From Lama guanicoe (taxonomy: Eukaryota), in assembly GCA_013239625.1 (NCBI GenBank), contig MU053652.1, forward strand, positions 6,811,902 through 6,875,901: a stretch of DNA of 64,000 bases, given 5' to 3'. Shown here one piece after another: positions 27,142-39,968 of this stretch. A program made the translations under genes and the position numbers. Every line of letters starts with the position of its first letter. Position 1 is the first letter of the stretch. Under the pieces are notes generated by a model. It was not told the DNA's origin and did no database searches. It was given only the letters and a program-made list of their open reading frames with translations.

Positions 27142-27760
27142 TAGATGAAACTTGAGGAGTCGAGGTCTTTAGGCTTGAGGAACATAGTATCTACAAAAAG
27201 ACATCCCTCTCAAGAACCCTTGTGGGAAACTGGTAGGTGTTCAGTGCAAACCCAGTGTTTCCTGAGTGCCTTGAAATCTGCCTTAGGCAATTTCTTCTTA
27301 CTATCCCCAGATATAAGAGACAAAACTTCATCACCAAGTCAAATTTACTAAGGCATTCACTTCTAAATTCACTCTTTCATTCAATCAATAAGCACTGGGT
27401 GCCTGCTCTACACAATTACATAAGCCATGCTGAGTTTTGGAGAGAGAACAGTAATCATTGCAGACTGAGGCCTCTCACTCTGGACCTTACATACTTGTTA
27501 CAGGGGGAGTGGCGAGCAGGCATTCAATTATTAATAATACTTTACTTATTTACATAAATTATGATAAATGACACAAAGGAAAAATACAGAGGGGTAATAC
27601 AGATTATAATGGGGGAAACTGACCTAGTCTGGAAAGGAGAGTAACAAAAATGTTTCCTGAGAAAGTGACATTTCAGATCCTAAAGGAGGTAGGTGAAGAG
27701 ATGGAAACCAAAGAGACAATGACCCAAGCTTTGAGGCAGAAGGAGCAGTGATGTGAATAG
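26770..27760 (-). mobile_element. L2 fragments (approx. 26770-26900 and 27350-27760)
   Basis: Reverse L2 tail: cattcaatcaataagcactgggtgcctgctcta..., gtgaacaaaatagacatagtccct, ttcctgagaaagtgacattt. Confidence 0.7.
27105..27140. repeat. (TG)18 microsatellite
   Basis: Read directly from sequence. Confidence 0.95.
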
Positions 27761-28530
27761 AAACCTTATGCTATAAAATCAGATAGAGAAGAAATATCAC
27801 CTTTATAGTTCCCTTTAGAACACACCAAAAATGACTCCAGTCCCGCAAGATGATGGGGAATTCTATCTGCTATTACCCAGGCTTCCTGCCGCACGTCTCA
27901 CAGCCACATGATGGCCCAGATCTCTGCCTGAACAGACTGTTTGGAGAGCCTCTCCGGGTAGTTCACTCTAGTTACAAAAGGAGATGTGGGTGGTCTGCTT
28001 CTGTGATCCTTACTTCTGTGCAACTGTGGGCCTGGGAAACAGTTCGTGGAAGGGACCCCAGTTCCTGGATTCTAGTACCCCTAGATGTATCACCTGGTCT
28101 TTTAGGGGAAGCCGACCAGGGGACAATTCTAACAGTACAGCTCTGACAGCCACCAACTCCCCACTCCTAAAGGTGACTGCTCTCCTCGCTCACCTTGCAT
28201 AAGCCTCTCAAGGACCTCAGGCTGCTGGAAAAGAGCAAATGGCTTGCAGCTTTTGTTTTTGGTACTCTCAAGGCAAGGGAACACAAAATCTTGAGTATTT
28301 GGTGAATTTAATGAAACATTCAAGAAGGAAAAAAACCAAGAAGAAAAAAACCCAAGATTTAACATCTCAATAAATTATGATGCTGCACATAGCAAGTTTG
28401 AAAAATTAAAAACATGTCACAGTGGCCAGACAGCAAAGATTTGGGAGAATTTCATTATTTAGAGAGGAATAAAATCACACAGGGTCTTGAGCACCACCTG
28501 AAATCAGTATCTAATGTCCTACGAAATATC

Positions 28531-29620
28531 CTGTTAATAATAATATTAGCATCTGTTAATACGTTGATGTTAATAATGTGAATGATAACATCTTACAAAG
28601 ATGTGTATATGATGTATAGCATACATAAATATATACATATGTATGTTTAACTCTTCATTTTCTGAAGTTAGATGTGCCGATTATTATACTAATAATAGAG
28701 GTATATATTAAAATTAAAGTTACTATGAATCAGAAAAAATCTAATTAGAAGGCCATCTATCCTTTAAGAGAACAAACCATGTTAAATCTACTGTTGTGGG
28801 AGATGCCCCACCCTCTTCACTCTTCAGAGTGTACTTTGAAGTCTCTCAACGGCTACTCATCATGGAATAAAGGACGTAGGAAAGATCGAATCAGCCATAC
28901 TGTCATTTTTCTTGATATTATAGTTCAAAATTCTGAGTATTTTACAGGCAATTGAGAATGATAAGGCTTTGTATTTTCTTCTTTTTGTTTCTAAGGCTTT
29001 AAAAATAATACTGATTTTCATCACAACAAAGGGACATGGGAGAGAAGTGGCTTAGAGAACTTGGTACATCAAACTCAGGACTTGACTAAGAAGACCTGAG
29101 CTGGAAATGATAGGTCTTGCTCTAAAATATTTTCTTCTCATACAGACTTACACCAGGAATTATCTGATGGAAAAACAAGAGGATGCTTTGAGAAAGAGAA
29201 GGAAGAGATCTGAGGGCGCTAACAACAAAGAAGTGATTTAATTTAAATTTGAAGCTATTATGGGGCTTGGCTCTGATGCATGTGAATCAGAGATTGAGTC
29301 ACTGACCAATGAAGGCATTAAGCATTGTCTGGATATGAGGAGAACTATGCTGATGTCAGTGAGGGGGAGAGCCAGCCAGGGAGACAGAATAACGAAGCGC
29401 AGGAGGCTTAGTCACCGAGGCAATGTCTGCCTGCCTACGTGTAAAGGCTGGCACAGAGATAGACTGATGTTCATTCAATACTTTCCTTCAGTACTTAAAC
29501 AACAGACATTTATTTAGCACCTACCATAAATCAGAGATAGAACAAAAGTCCTGAGGGCAGGACAGTGGACAAAGAATAGATTAACAGTAGCATTTTGACT
29601 CTTCTCAGTCAAGAAACTAA
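28531..29620 (+). repeat. Copy 1 of 1.09-kb direct duplication flanking the gap
   Basis: Matches 30578-31668 except for about 5 substitutions and a 1-bp indel; identical 85-aa ORFs at 29260 and 31308. Confidence 0.97.
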
Positions 29621-30577
29621 NNNNNNNNNNNNNNNNNNNNNNNNNNNNNNNNNNNNNNNNNNNNNNNNNNNNNNNNNNNNNNNNNNNNNNNNNNNNNNNN
29701 NNNNNNNNNNNNNNNNNNNNNNNNNNNNNNNNNNNNNNNNNNNNNNNNNNNNNNNNNNNNNNNNNNNNNNNNNNNNNNNNNNNNNNNNNNNNNNNNNNNN
29801 NNNNNNNNNNNNNNNNNNNNNNNNNNNNNNNNNNNNNNNNNNNNNNNNNNNNNNNNNNNNNNNNNNNNNNNNNNNNNNNNNNNNNNNNNNNNNNNNNNNN
29901 NNNNNNNNNNNNNNNNNNNNNNNNNNNNNNNNNNNNNNNNNNNNNNNNNNNNNNNNNNNNNNNNNNNNNNNNNNNNNNNNNNNNNNNNNNNNNNNNNNNN
30001 NNNNNNNNNNNNNNNNNNNNNNNNNNNNNNNNNNNNNNNNNNNNNNNNNNNNNNNNNNNNNNNNNNNNNNNNNNNNNNNNNNNNNNNNNNNNNNNNNNNN
30101 NNNNNNNNNNNNNNNNNNNNNNNNNNNNNNNNNNNNNNNNNNNNNNNNNNNNNNNNNNNNNNNNNNNNNNNNNNNNNNNNNNNNNNNNNNNNNNNNNNNN
30201 NNNNNNNNNNNNNNNNNNNNNNNNNNNNNNNNNNNNNNNNNNNNNNNNNNNNNNNNNNNNNNNNNNNNNNNNNNNNNNNNNNNNNNNNNNNNNNNNNNNN
30301 NNNNNNNNNNNNNNNNNNNNNNNNNNNNNNNNNNNNNNNNNNNNNNNNNNNNNNNNNNNNNNNNNNNNNNNNNNNNNNNNNNNNNNNNNNNNNNNNNNNN
30401 NNNNNNNNNNNNNNNNNNNNNNNNNNNNNNNNNNNNNNNNNNNNNNNNNNNNNNNNNNNNNNNNNNNNNNNNNNNNNNNNNNNNNNNNNNNNNNNNNNNN
30501 NNNNNNNNNNNNNNNNNNNNNNNNNNNNNNNNNNNNNNNNNNNNNNNNNNNNNNNNNNNNNNNNNNNNNNNNNNNNN
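29621..30577. other. Assembly gap (957 N)
   Basis: Run of n. Confidence 1.
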
Positions 30578-31668
30578 CTGTTAATAATAATATTAGCATC
30601 TGTTAATACGTTGATGTTAATAATGTGAATGATAACATCTTACAAAGATGTGTATATGATGTATAGCATACATAAATATATACATATGTATGTTTAACTC
30701 TTCATTTTCTGAAGTTAGATGTGCCGATTATTATACTAATAATAGAGGTATATATTAAAATTAAAGTTACTATGAATCAGAAAAAATCTAATTAGAAGGC
30801 CATCTATCCTTTAAGAGAACAAACCATGTTAAATCTACTGTTGTGGGAGATGCCCCACCCTCTTCACTCTTCAGAGTGTACTTTGAAGTCTCTCAACGGC
30901 TACTCATCATGGAATAAAGGACGTAGGAAAGATCGAATCAGCCATACTGTCATTTTTCTTGATATTATAGTTCAAAATTCTGAGTATTTTACAGGCAATT
31001 GAGAATGATAAGGCTTTGTATTTTCTTCTTTTTGTTTCTAAGGCTTTAAAAATAATACTGATTTTCATCACAACAAAGGGACATGGGAGAGAAGTGGCTT
31101 AGAGAACTTGGTACATCAAACTCAGGACTTGCCTAAGAAGATCTGAGCTGGAAATGACAGGTCTTGCTCTAAAAATATTTTCTTCTCATACAGACTTACA
31201 CCAGGAATTATCTGATGGAAAAACAAGAGGATGCTTTGAGAAAGAGAAGGAAGAGATCTGAGGGCGCTAACAACAAAGAAGTGATTTAATTTAAATTTGA
31301 AGCTATTATGGGGCTTGGCTCTGATGCATGTGAATCAGAGATTGAGTCACTGACCAATGAAGGCATTAAGCATTGTCTGGATATGAGGAGAACTATGCTG
31401 ATGTCAGTGAGGGGGAGAGCCAGCCAGGGAGACAGAATAACGAAGCGCAGGAGGCTTAGTCACCGAGGCAATGTCTGCCTGCCTACGTGTAAAGGCTGGC
31501 ACAGAGATAGATTGATGTTCATTCAATACTTTCCTTCAGTACTTAAACAACAGACATTTATTTAGCACCTACCATAAATCAGAGATAGAACAAAAGTCCT
31601 GAGGGCAGGACAGTGGACAAAGAACAGATTAACAGTAGCATTTTGACTCTTCTCAGTCAAGAAACTAA
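30578..31668 (+). repeat. Copy 2 of 1.09-kb direct duplication flanking the gap
   Basis: Starts at the first base after the gap (ctgttaataataa) and ends at aagaaactaa, the same sequence that abuts the gap on the left. Confidence 0.97.
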
Positions 31669-34600
31669 TGTGATAGTTTTGCTCATAATACACTGAATTT
31701 CCACTAGAATTATTTTACTTTTGGGTGCTATATTTATGCTGATAAATGTGTCCCTAAATTATGTTATTTTAATTAAGGACATGAAATGTATTTTCAACCA
31801 TGTACTGATTAATCATTAGTAAATATTGTTCAGGGTTAATGATGAGTTTGTACAGTTCTACTCTCCAGTATTTCCTTTAACAGACAGTTGAAAGTATATT
31901 TATAATGATATTTAAGCCTCAAAAGAAGGAAAACTCATTTTACATGATAATCATAAAAAGTATGATTTTTTAATGTTATAGTGACAAAGCTATGCTGACA
32001 TGAGGCATGTCTTTAAATGAAATTACAGTTCATTGTCTCTGATATGACTGCGTGCCCCATTTCAAAGGGTGTCTTTGCACTAGACCAAAAGAGGGGCTTC
32101 CAAGAGGAAGGAGTGAGGAAAGATTATCCAGGCATAAAGATATGAAAGAAGAGAAACAGTCTTATTTCAGAGCACTGCCTCTTAAACTGTCCCCTTAGTG
32201 TAGTACAAAAGAATGACTCAGAAAAGGTAGGACCTCTCTCAATTCAATTCTCAGTTCTTCTTAATTCATATCCCTCCCCTGAGATCTTGTTGTCACTATA
32301 ATGAAGACTCTTATACATCCCCAATCTCTTCTGACATATGTTTTCAAATGGCAAAGCAGCACCCCAGGAAATTATAATCACCTCCCCATGTCATCTTACA
32401 GGGGCTAAGAAAGAGTAAGACAAAGCTAGAGAAGCACCTGACCACCCGGATTGCTCTGCAGGATCAGGCCTGGGGACACATGACACCAGAAAGATCCCTG
32501 AGCCAGCAGCAGCTGCAGCAGCCACTACAGCCCAGAAAATGTCCCCGTACAGCCCTGTTGCCAGATACTCAGACTGAATTCCCCGGGTAGGCAATACAGA
32601 AAATAAGAACAGAAAGAAGCAATGAGTGCCAAAAAACAGAGTTCCCTAAAAGTACTATAGCATAATTAGCCTCTTCCCCTCAACTTTTTTTCTGCCATTA
32701 TTTTTCACTTTATGTAAATTAAAGTTGTTGAATATCTCAAAATGAGCATTTTGATGAAAAGCCAACCTTCACATTCAAAAAACTGATTGAACAAAGAAGT
32801 TCCATTATACAAGTTTGTGTATATCTTGATTACCCAGATATGATCAATGACCAGGGATGACTTTTTGCTGGAGTTCGGGGGAAATGTGTTTAAACCAAAT
32901 ATCCTACCATGCAGGTTTTGTATTTAGTAAAAGAGATGTGATTTGGCCTATGATGAAATAGGCCCTAATTATGGATAAAAGCCATTCCAGAATCACCAGT
33001 CACGTATCAATGATTTGGCACACACAATACATTTTATCATAGAAAAACAATACTGTATAAAATGACTGCCTTCCTAAGGGGCACCATGAAACTGAATCAA
33101 CTCAAAACATAACTGACTACCTGTAACCAACTTGCTGATGCTAGGCCTCCTGTCATACACTTCAGTAGTATATATATAGGCTTTCCTTTTGTTACCATCA
33201 CCACATCTATAATTAGAGTGGAAACCGCTTATCACAAAATAATCAACATCCAAAAATTGACACAGAGGACAACACGTGGTTATATTTTTTGAGATAAGTG
33301 AAAGGAAAAAGGTAATGCAGCTGGTTAAGTATGAATTCAAGGGGCCCAGCTTTGTGACATACCGCTCTGTTTAAAGGTTAAGGGCATGACACTAGATCTC
33401 GTGGCTGATTAAGACTGAGACCGTAGCACTGATTTCAGCAACCCTCTGCTTAATTAGTACCACTTTTATTGACCAGACATGGAGTAGACATTGGACTGAG
33501 GAAATAATGGGAGATCAAGACATCTACCATCAGCCCTTCCTCCTTTTTAAGTTGGGGTTGCTAGGATTTCTCCAAGTAGCCTTATCCTCACAAAATCCTC
33601 CCTCATCTCTTCCCACTGCCCTCTGAAAGGCAGAGGACTATTGATATTTTTTGCGAGGACATGAATTGACCACTTTTCGTATTCCTTTCTGCCTTTTAAT
33701 TAAAAATCTTACATACAAATTTGCTCAAGTGATTACAGTGCAATATATACTTCATTTACTTGGGATGAAAACGATAAAGCACTTCTGTTCTATGGTAGGT
33801 CATGTTGGTGAGGAGTCACTGCCAAGAGCAAAAGTGGTAACATGTAAAGAGGAAACTTAAATAGCATCCCAGGATGCGGCATAGGAACAGGAGGTAACCA
33901 GGGGAACACCTTGCAGAGGAAAAGAAAATACGCTGGAAAAATGGAGAAAAGGCGAACAACTTCTGATGGTTCCTCACTCCTCAAAAGTTTCGTTGCTGAC
34001 CATTGTGTCTTACTGTGCTCCATTCCTTATTCCAGGCCTCGATGCCACTACACACAGCTTTGGCTATGATTATTTTCCCTTATTTTTGAGACAGGCAGAG
34101 GAAAGGAGAGAAAAATACTCCTAAGCAAGAAGTAGTTGTGGTGTCAACGTGTACGCCTCTAGATGGATGCGGGAAACCCACCCATACCTCAAAAAAATGT
34201 CTAGAATCTGATTCCTCCTGATTGTGAAATTTGCATATCAGAAACCAGAGCTATAGGAGAGATCTGGGATGAGAAACATGATCATTAGGGAGTATGAGAA
34301 ATAGAGTCAGGCTAGACACATCTGAGATGACCAGATATAAGAGCCTTCCTGAAGGAGGCGAGGGGAGCAAAGTTATGTGTATCTAATTTTGTATCCAACT
34401 GTTCAATCTGCCCTTTCTCCTGCCTCCACTGTTCATTCACTCCTGTCTCTGGATCCCACCATCCTGACCAGATCTTGAGCACATGAGACCAGAAGGACTG
34501 AACAGACAGCCCTGGCAGCAGCCAGCCAAGGAAAATGAGGGGAAGACTGCAGAGGATTCCCAAGTTCTAAGCAGCAGCAGTGGAAACCGTGAGGTATTCT

Positions 34601-34929
34601 GAGTAAGCACTGGTTCGTAATTGCCCTTTATAAGAACTATTGTTTTTGTGGTGTTTTTAAAGTAAGATTCCACAATGATTCATTTTGCTCTAAGGAATCT
34701 GTGGAGCAATATATCATAAATTAATGTTCTACCTCCATGAAAAACTAGAAGTTTCAAGTATTACAACTCTCTCACATGTATAGTATAAATTTATTTTTTC
34801 CAAGTCTGAGCTGTTTCACATTGATTAAAACTAGGATATAAATACGATTCTCACCTGAAAACTGATTCTCACCAAAGCACTGATATTACTTTGAGGACTT
34901 GAAAGAACCCAGCGAATGTTAACTCATTA

Positions 34930-35125
34930 AGTCTCAGTATCCATGAGTGATTGGAGAAAAGAAGCATTAGCCTTAATTTATGGAGGAGGAAACTAGAGCA
35001 CACTCGGGTTAATCAGCCTTTCTAATGTCAGCAACCACGAGTATGCTTACAGCCATGGAGATTCAGGAAACAGGTGATTTCCTCTACGTGATTCCAACCT
35101 CAAGCTTTTCTTCTAATCCACTATA
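34930..35125 (-). mobile_element. MIR fragment
   Basis: aatttatggaggaggaaactagagcacactcgggttaatcagcctttctaatgtca, reverse MIR core. Confidence 0.5.
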
Positions 35126-36029
35126 CTGGAAGCAAAAGGACAAGTTGTCATGTGCTGAAAGTAAAATTAAAAAAAAATGTATACAAGCACTTATATAATT
35201 CTGTTCCTGTACTAATTTTGGTGAAATATCCAGCTGTATATCAAGCTAAATTGTTGCCCAAACCTTAGCATAAATACAGTTAATTAAATGAAAGTAGAAA
35301 TAATTTTGAAAATAAAAATTAAAGTGAATAATATCACAAGGATTGTATGCATGCAAAGCATCCGTAATGATGGCTAAAATCTTTCAGAGAAGTTACGAAA
35401 ACATACACACAAATACTTGCACATCTTGCTGTCCTAAGAGGAGAACTTTAGCTTAATAAAGTCATTAATTTTGCAACTCTTCATACATTTCTTCACTAGA
35501 GAATTTATATACCACCATTAGAATATTATGACTCCCTAAAGAGAAAAATGGAGCAATAAGATAAGCAAATTCTTTAAAAAATGTTAACACAGTCTAATGA
35601 GTTTGACTTTAGATATTAAGACATACACGAAGTCAAAAAAGGTATTATCGATGTATAATTTGTTCTATGACTTTGCAAATTGGTCTCAACAGAATAACCA
35701 ATGGAATAATTATATCCTACTAACACAGAAGTTTAAAGGGAAATAATAATCCTGCATTTTATGCCACTGAATAAAATAAAGAGTAATCATAAGTAATGAC
35801 GAATACAGCTTTACTCAACAAGAAAATGTCTCAAAAGTTCCACTCCTGGTATTTGCAGGGAAGTCTTATAATGGGTTATCCTACAGACATTAATCATGAA
35901 CTCTGGCCAAATATACATACATAAATTTACATTTAAATGTATGTAAATATAAAGGGCATATTTATCATGTTTTAGAGAGTGACTAAGGCAGTCAGAGATC
36001 GGCAGGAAGTATTCCACCCTTGAAAGCAT

Positions 36030-36565
36030 GGCAATAGTTACATATCTACCCCTCTCCCCAGGAGCCCCAGTGATGTGTGCTCCCTGGTATCCATACCTTT
36101 GTGAAACCTCCTCCCCCTGAATGTGGGCTGGACCTAGTGACAACTGTCTTCTAACAAACTGAATATGGCAAAAGTAACAGTGTCAATTCTGAGATTAGAT
36201 TACAAAAGACTGGCTCCATCTTGTTGATCCTCATGCTGGAAGAAGCAAGCCACCATGCTGTGAGCAACCTGAAGGAGAGGCCACGTGGCCATGTGATATT
36301 GCCAGCCAAATACAGTGAGAACTTAAAGTTGCCAACAGTCAGATGAGTGAGCCTGGGAGCAGACTGCACCCCAGTTGAGCCTTAAGATGAATCCAGCCTT
36401 GCTCCTTTCTTTGATGGCAGCTTTGTGAGAGACCCTAAGCCAGAAGATGCAGCTAAGTTGCACCTGGATTTCTTCCCCTTCAGAGCTGAAGTAATAGGTC
36501 TTTGCTGTTTTTTAAGTCACTATGTTTTAGAGGAATTTGTTATGCAGCAATAGATAACTACTGCA
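36030..36565 (+). mobile_element. MaLR solo LTR (MLT1F-like)
   Basis: tgaatgtgggctggacctagtgac...ttctaac...gaatatggcaaaagt...gagaggccacgtggc...cccagttgagcctt...tgtgagagaccct...ttgttatgcagcaatagataact. Confidence 0.9.
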
Positions 36566-36899
36566 CATATGCAATGAGAAACATAATTTTATTCAACAAA
36601 GGTCCCTGAAAAGATGTTTAGAATCAGGAAACTGCAGAAGAGTTTTTATTGACTAACTGTCCCACAGACATTAATTATAAACTCTAGTTAAAATACATGG
36701 CTTTAATAAATAGTTAATACATTTTGGAGAGCAATCAAAACAGGCAGCGACTGGCAGATATTTTATCCTTGAAAGAAAGGAACTCTTGAAATAAGGGTGA
36801 GATTTGTGTTTATACTGTTCTGTCTCTGACAGCCCTCTCCAGGCCACAAGGAAGAGCATGGTTAGAACTTAGAAGTGTTGATCTTATCAAGTGAAAGAG

Positions 36900-39350
36900 G
36901 ATGGGGAGTAAGGCTATCAGAATGGCTATAAATCAAGGGAAGAAACTGCAGATTTGGGGGTGGAGGCAGTCACAGAGGTGTAAGTCTCCAAATAGATACG
37001 TAAACTCTCCTCAAACTACTGGCTGATCTGCGAACAGCATACATCTGGGGCAGGACGCTAAAAATTGAGCTCAGGCTTCAACTGCTGTATAGAGCAAAGA
37101 ACACAGAGTTTAGTGTTTGATTCCTGCTCACTTCGTGAGTATGCTGAACAACTTGTACTTTATGTTGAAACCCCAGCAGTTTCGTGTTTTCTGTGTTAAT
37201 ACTGTATGTCAGAAATAAGGACTCACTCTAAGATTAAATAAAAATGAGATATATCTGCAGTAACCAAATTTTAAACCAACACTCCATTAGTTCAAGTCAT
37301 TGTTTCTCAATTATCAAATACCTGATAGAAAAAAGTCGCTCTTCAGGGAGTCTGGGGGAAATAATAGGTACCAGATCCTATACAAGGTATCACTAAAACT
37401 TCTTAGAACACAATACTAACTTACTAGTAAGTTAATAATAATTTAGCAATTACTGAAAATATGAAGACACAGAATTCAAACCAAATAATGATTAATGTCA
37501 GTCAGGAAAGATAGAGCCCAAGATGATTCAGCACTTGGAATTAGCAGGAAAGAACTTTTAAAGAGGGAAGTAATGATGGTTGCGACAAGTGAAAAAAAGA
37601 AAACTCAAAATCTCCCTTAAAAATGGAATTTCTAGATTGCAGTAATAAATACATGAAATTTAAAATAAATAATTAAACAGTAGATTCATTATGGAAGAAG
37701 AAAAAGTTTAGAGATACTGAAAAAGGATGAACAGAATTACCTGTTCTGAAAAATCTGAGGGAAAAAAAAGACTGAAAAAGTAAAACAGCCTCAGAGACCT
37801 CTGCAAAAATATTAATTAGTCTAAGATACACGAAACTGGAATAACAAAAGAAGAGGAGAGTCAGACGGAGCAGGACAAATGTAAAAAACAGCAGTGACCA
37901 AAATATGTTAAACCATGTAGAAAAAGATTTACCTACTGAGCTAAACTTATTAAACCTCAAGAAGATAAATATAAAGAAAACCACATATAGGTGATCAAAC
38001 TGATAAAAAATAAAAATAAAGAGAAATTTAAAAATAGCCAGAGCGAGAGAGGAAGACATAAACTGTCAACCCTGAATTCTATATTCTGAAACATACTCAG
38101 AAGAGCCAAAATATAAACATTTTTCAGTTAAAGTTTTTAAGACTTACAAAATAATAGTTATCAAGGCAGTTTAGTATATACGTAAGGCTAAACAATAAAC
38201 TAATGAGTCCAGAAACAGACCAACACATACATGGTCAAATGATTTTCCACAACACTGCCAAGGTAAGTTACTAAAGAAACAATAGTCTTTTTAATAAATA
38301 TTTCTGGAATATTTGGATATTCACATGCACAAAATGACTGAACAACTCTTATTTAGCACCAAACAGAAACATTAAGTTAAAATGGATCAGAGACTTAAAA
38401 GTGTCAAAATTGAAGTTCCAGAAGAAAGTGGATTTTTCAATCATATTTTAGGCAAAAATGTATTAATTGGACACATACATACTAACCCCAATGAAAAAAC
38501 AAACAAGCAAACACACTAATTTGACTTCAGCAAAATGTAACATCTCCAGTCTTTCAAAGACAATATTACAAAAAGGAAAAGACAAGCCAGAGACTAGGAG
38601 AAAATATTTGCAATACATATATCTGTTAAGTGACTTTTACCTAGAATATATATTTTTATAACTCAGTAACAAGAAACTCAGTTTTTAAAAAAAGCAAAAG
38701 ATGTGAAAAGACATTTCAATTATATAGAAGGCCATTAAGAACAAAGCAAACCTTTCTACACATCACTAGTCATCAGGGAAATGCAAGTTAAAATGATGGG
38801 AGAAGATACTGCTGGAATAGCTACAATTAAAAAGACAGACAACCCTAAATTTAAAATGATAAAAGTATGAGTGAGAAATTGTACACATTCTGATAGAAAT
38901 GCAAAATGGTATCACAGCACTTTACAAACAATTTGTCAGTTTTCTATAAAATTGAATCACAAATTACCATAAAATGTAGCCATCCCTCTTTCAGGTATTG
39001 ACCCCAGGGAAATGAATATAACACAAGTCCACACGAAGACCTGTATATGGATTTTCACAGCAACTTTATAATAAACCAGAACAAGAAATACCCCAGATGT
39101 CTACAACACAGATAGATTAAACAGAAAATAATAAAAAAAAAAAGACATCTTGCCACTGACTGTGGGCATGTAGGATTTACTGTAAAGGATTTACAAGAAG
39201 AAACTTTTTCGGTTAATGAAATTGCTCTTTATCTTGATTAGTATGGTGGCTACATTATAGAAATCATTTGCTATAACTATTTGAACTACATTTTCAAATG
39301 AGTAAACTCTACCATATGTAAAGTATACCTCAATAAGCCTGGTTTTTAAA
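36900..39350 (+). mobile_element. Old fragmented L1 (5' region, ORF1 remnant, ORF2 3' end, 3' UTR)
   Basis: ORF1 motifs (acagcctcagagacct; aactgtcaaccctgaattctatatt), ORF2 motifs (gagtccagaaacagacc..acatacatggtcaaatgatttt; catcactagtcatcagggaaatgcaa) and L1M 3' UTR. Confidence 0.85.
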
Positions 39351-39857
39351 AAGTGGGCTTTTTAACTCAATAAGTATCTGCTTGAAGTAACTTCAGATGC
39401 TTAGCTTAGAAAATAGATTTGAGGAATAACTTGTCTTTAAATAAATGAATGATAATTTACAGAAGTTGAATGCTCCCACTACCTAGCTCTAGATGATAAA
39501 CTAAGACCAGTAAGCAGATTTTATTTCTATATAAGGAAAAAATTTCACCAAAACTAAAATACCTTATTCTATGATCTGATGAGTGCTTTATCACTCAATG
39601 AAGGACAGGAGGGAAGTTCCCTTATTTGAGATGATACAGAGGGCTTATAACATCATTTGGCTGGATTTTCTTAAAGATTCTAAGGGTCACTGGTTTTTAC
39701 ACTATAAGTCTAATAGACAAGAAAAGAAAATATAAGAGATGGTATTTTCATTTTTGTGTGAGACAATAAAAATATAATCATAGTTTTATCTCCATCTTAT
39801 ATTTTGCAGGATCTTTAAGTTTTGATACCATTATCAATTACATTAAGTTATTCTTTA

Positions 39858-39968
39858 GGGGAGTGGGTATAGCTCAGTGGTAGAGTGCATGCTTAGGATG
39901 CACGAGGTCCTGGGTTCAATTCCCAGTACCTCCATTAAGAAATTAAAACAAAATAAAGTAATAAAAAA
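39858..39968 (+). mobile_element. tRNA-Ala-derived SINE (camelid Vic-1-like)
   Basis: ggggagtgggtatagctcagtggtagagtgcatgcttaggatgcacgaggtcctgggttcaattcccagtacctcca with Pol III A box (tagctcagtgg) and B box (ggttcaattcc), A-rich tail and TSD ttattcttta (39848-39857 / 39969-39978). Confidence 0.9.

Noticed and set aside
29514..30599. The two longest ORFs in the track (361 aa and 329 aa)
   Set aside because: They consist almost entirely of X from the N gap.
37673..38059. 128-aa hydrophobic ORF resembling a membrane protein
   Set aside because: It is the T-rich antisense strand of an L1 ORF1 remnant; the same probably applies to 179-502 and 18249-18644.
39858..39933. Functional tRNA-Ala gene
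   Set aside because: Acceptor stem is imperfect, the anticodon arm is mutated, and an A-rich tail and TSD flank it: a tRNA-derived SINE.
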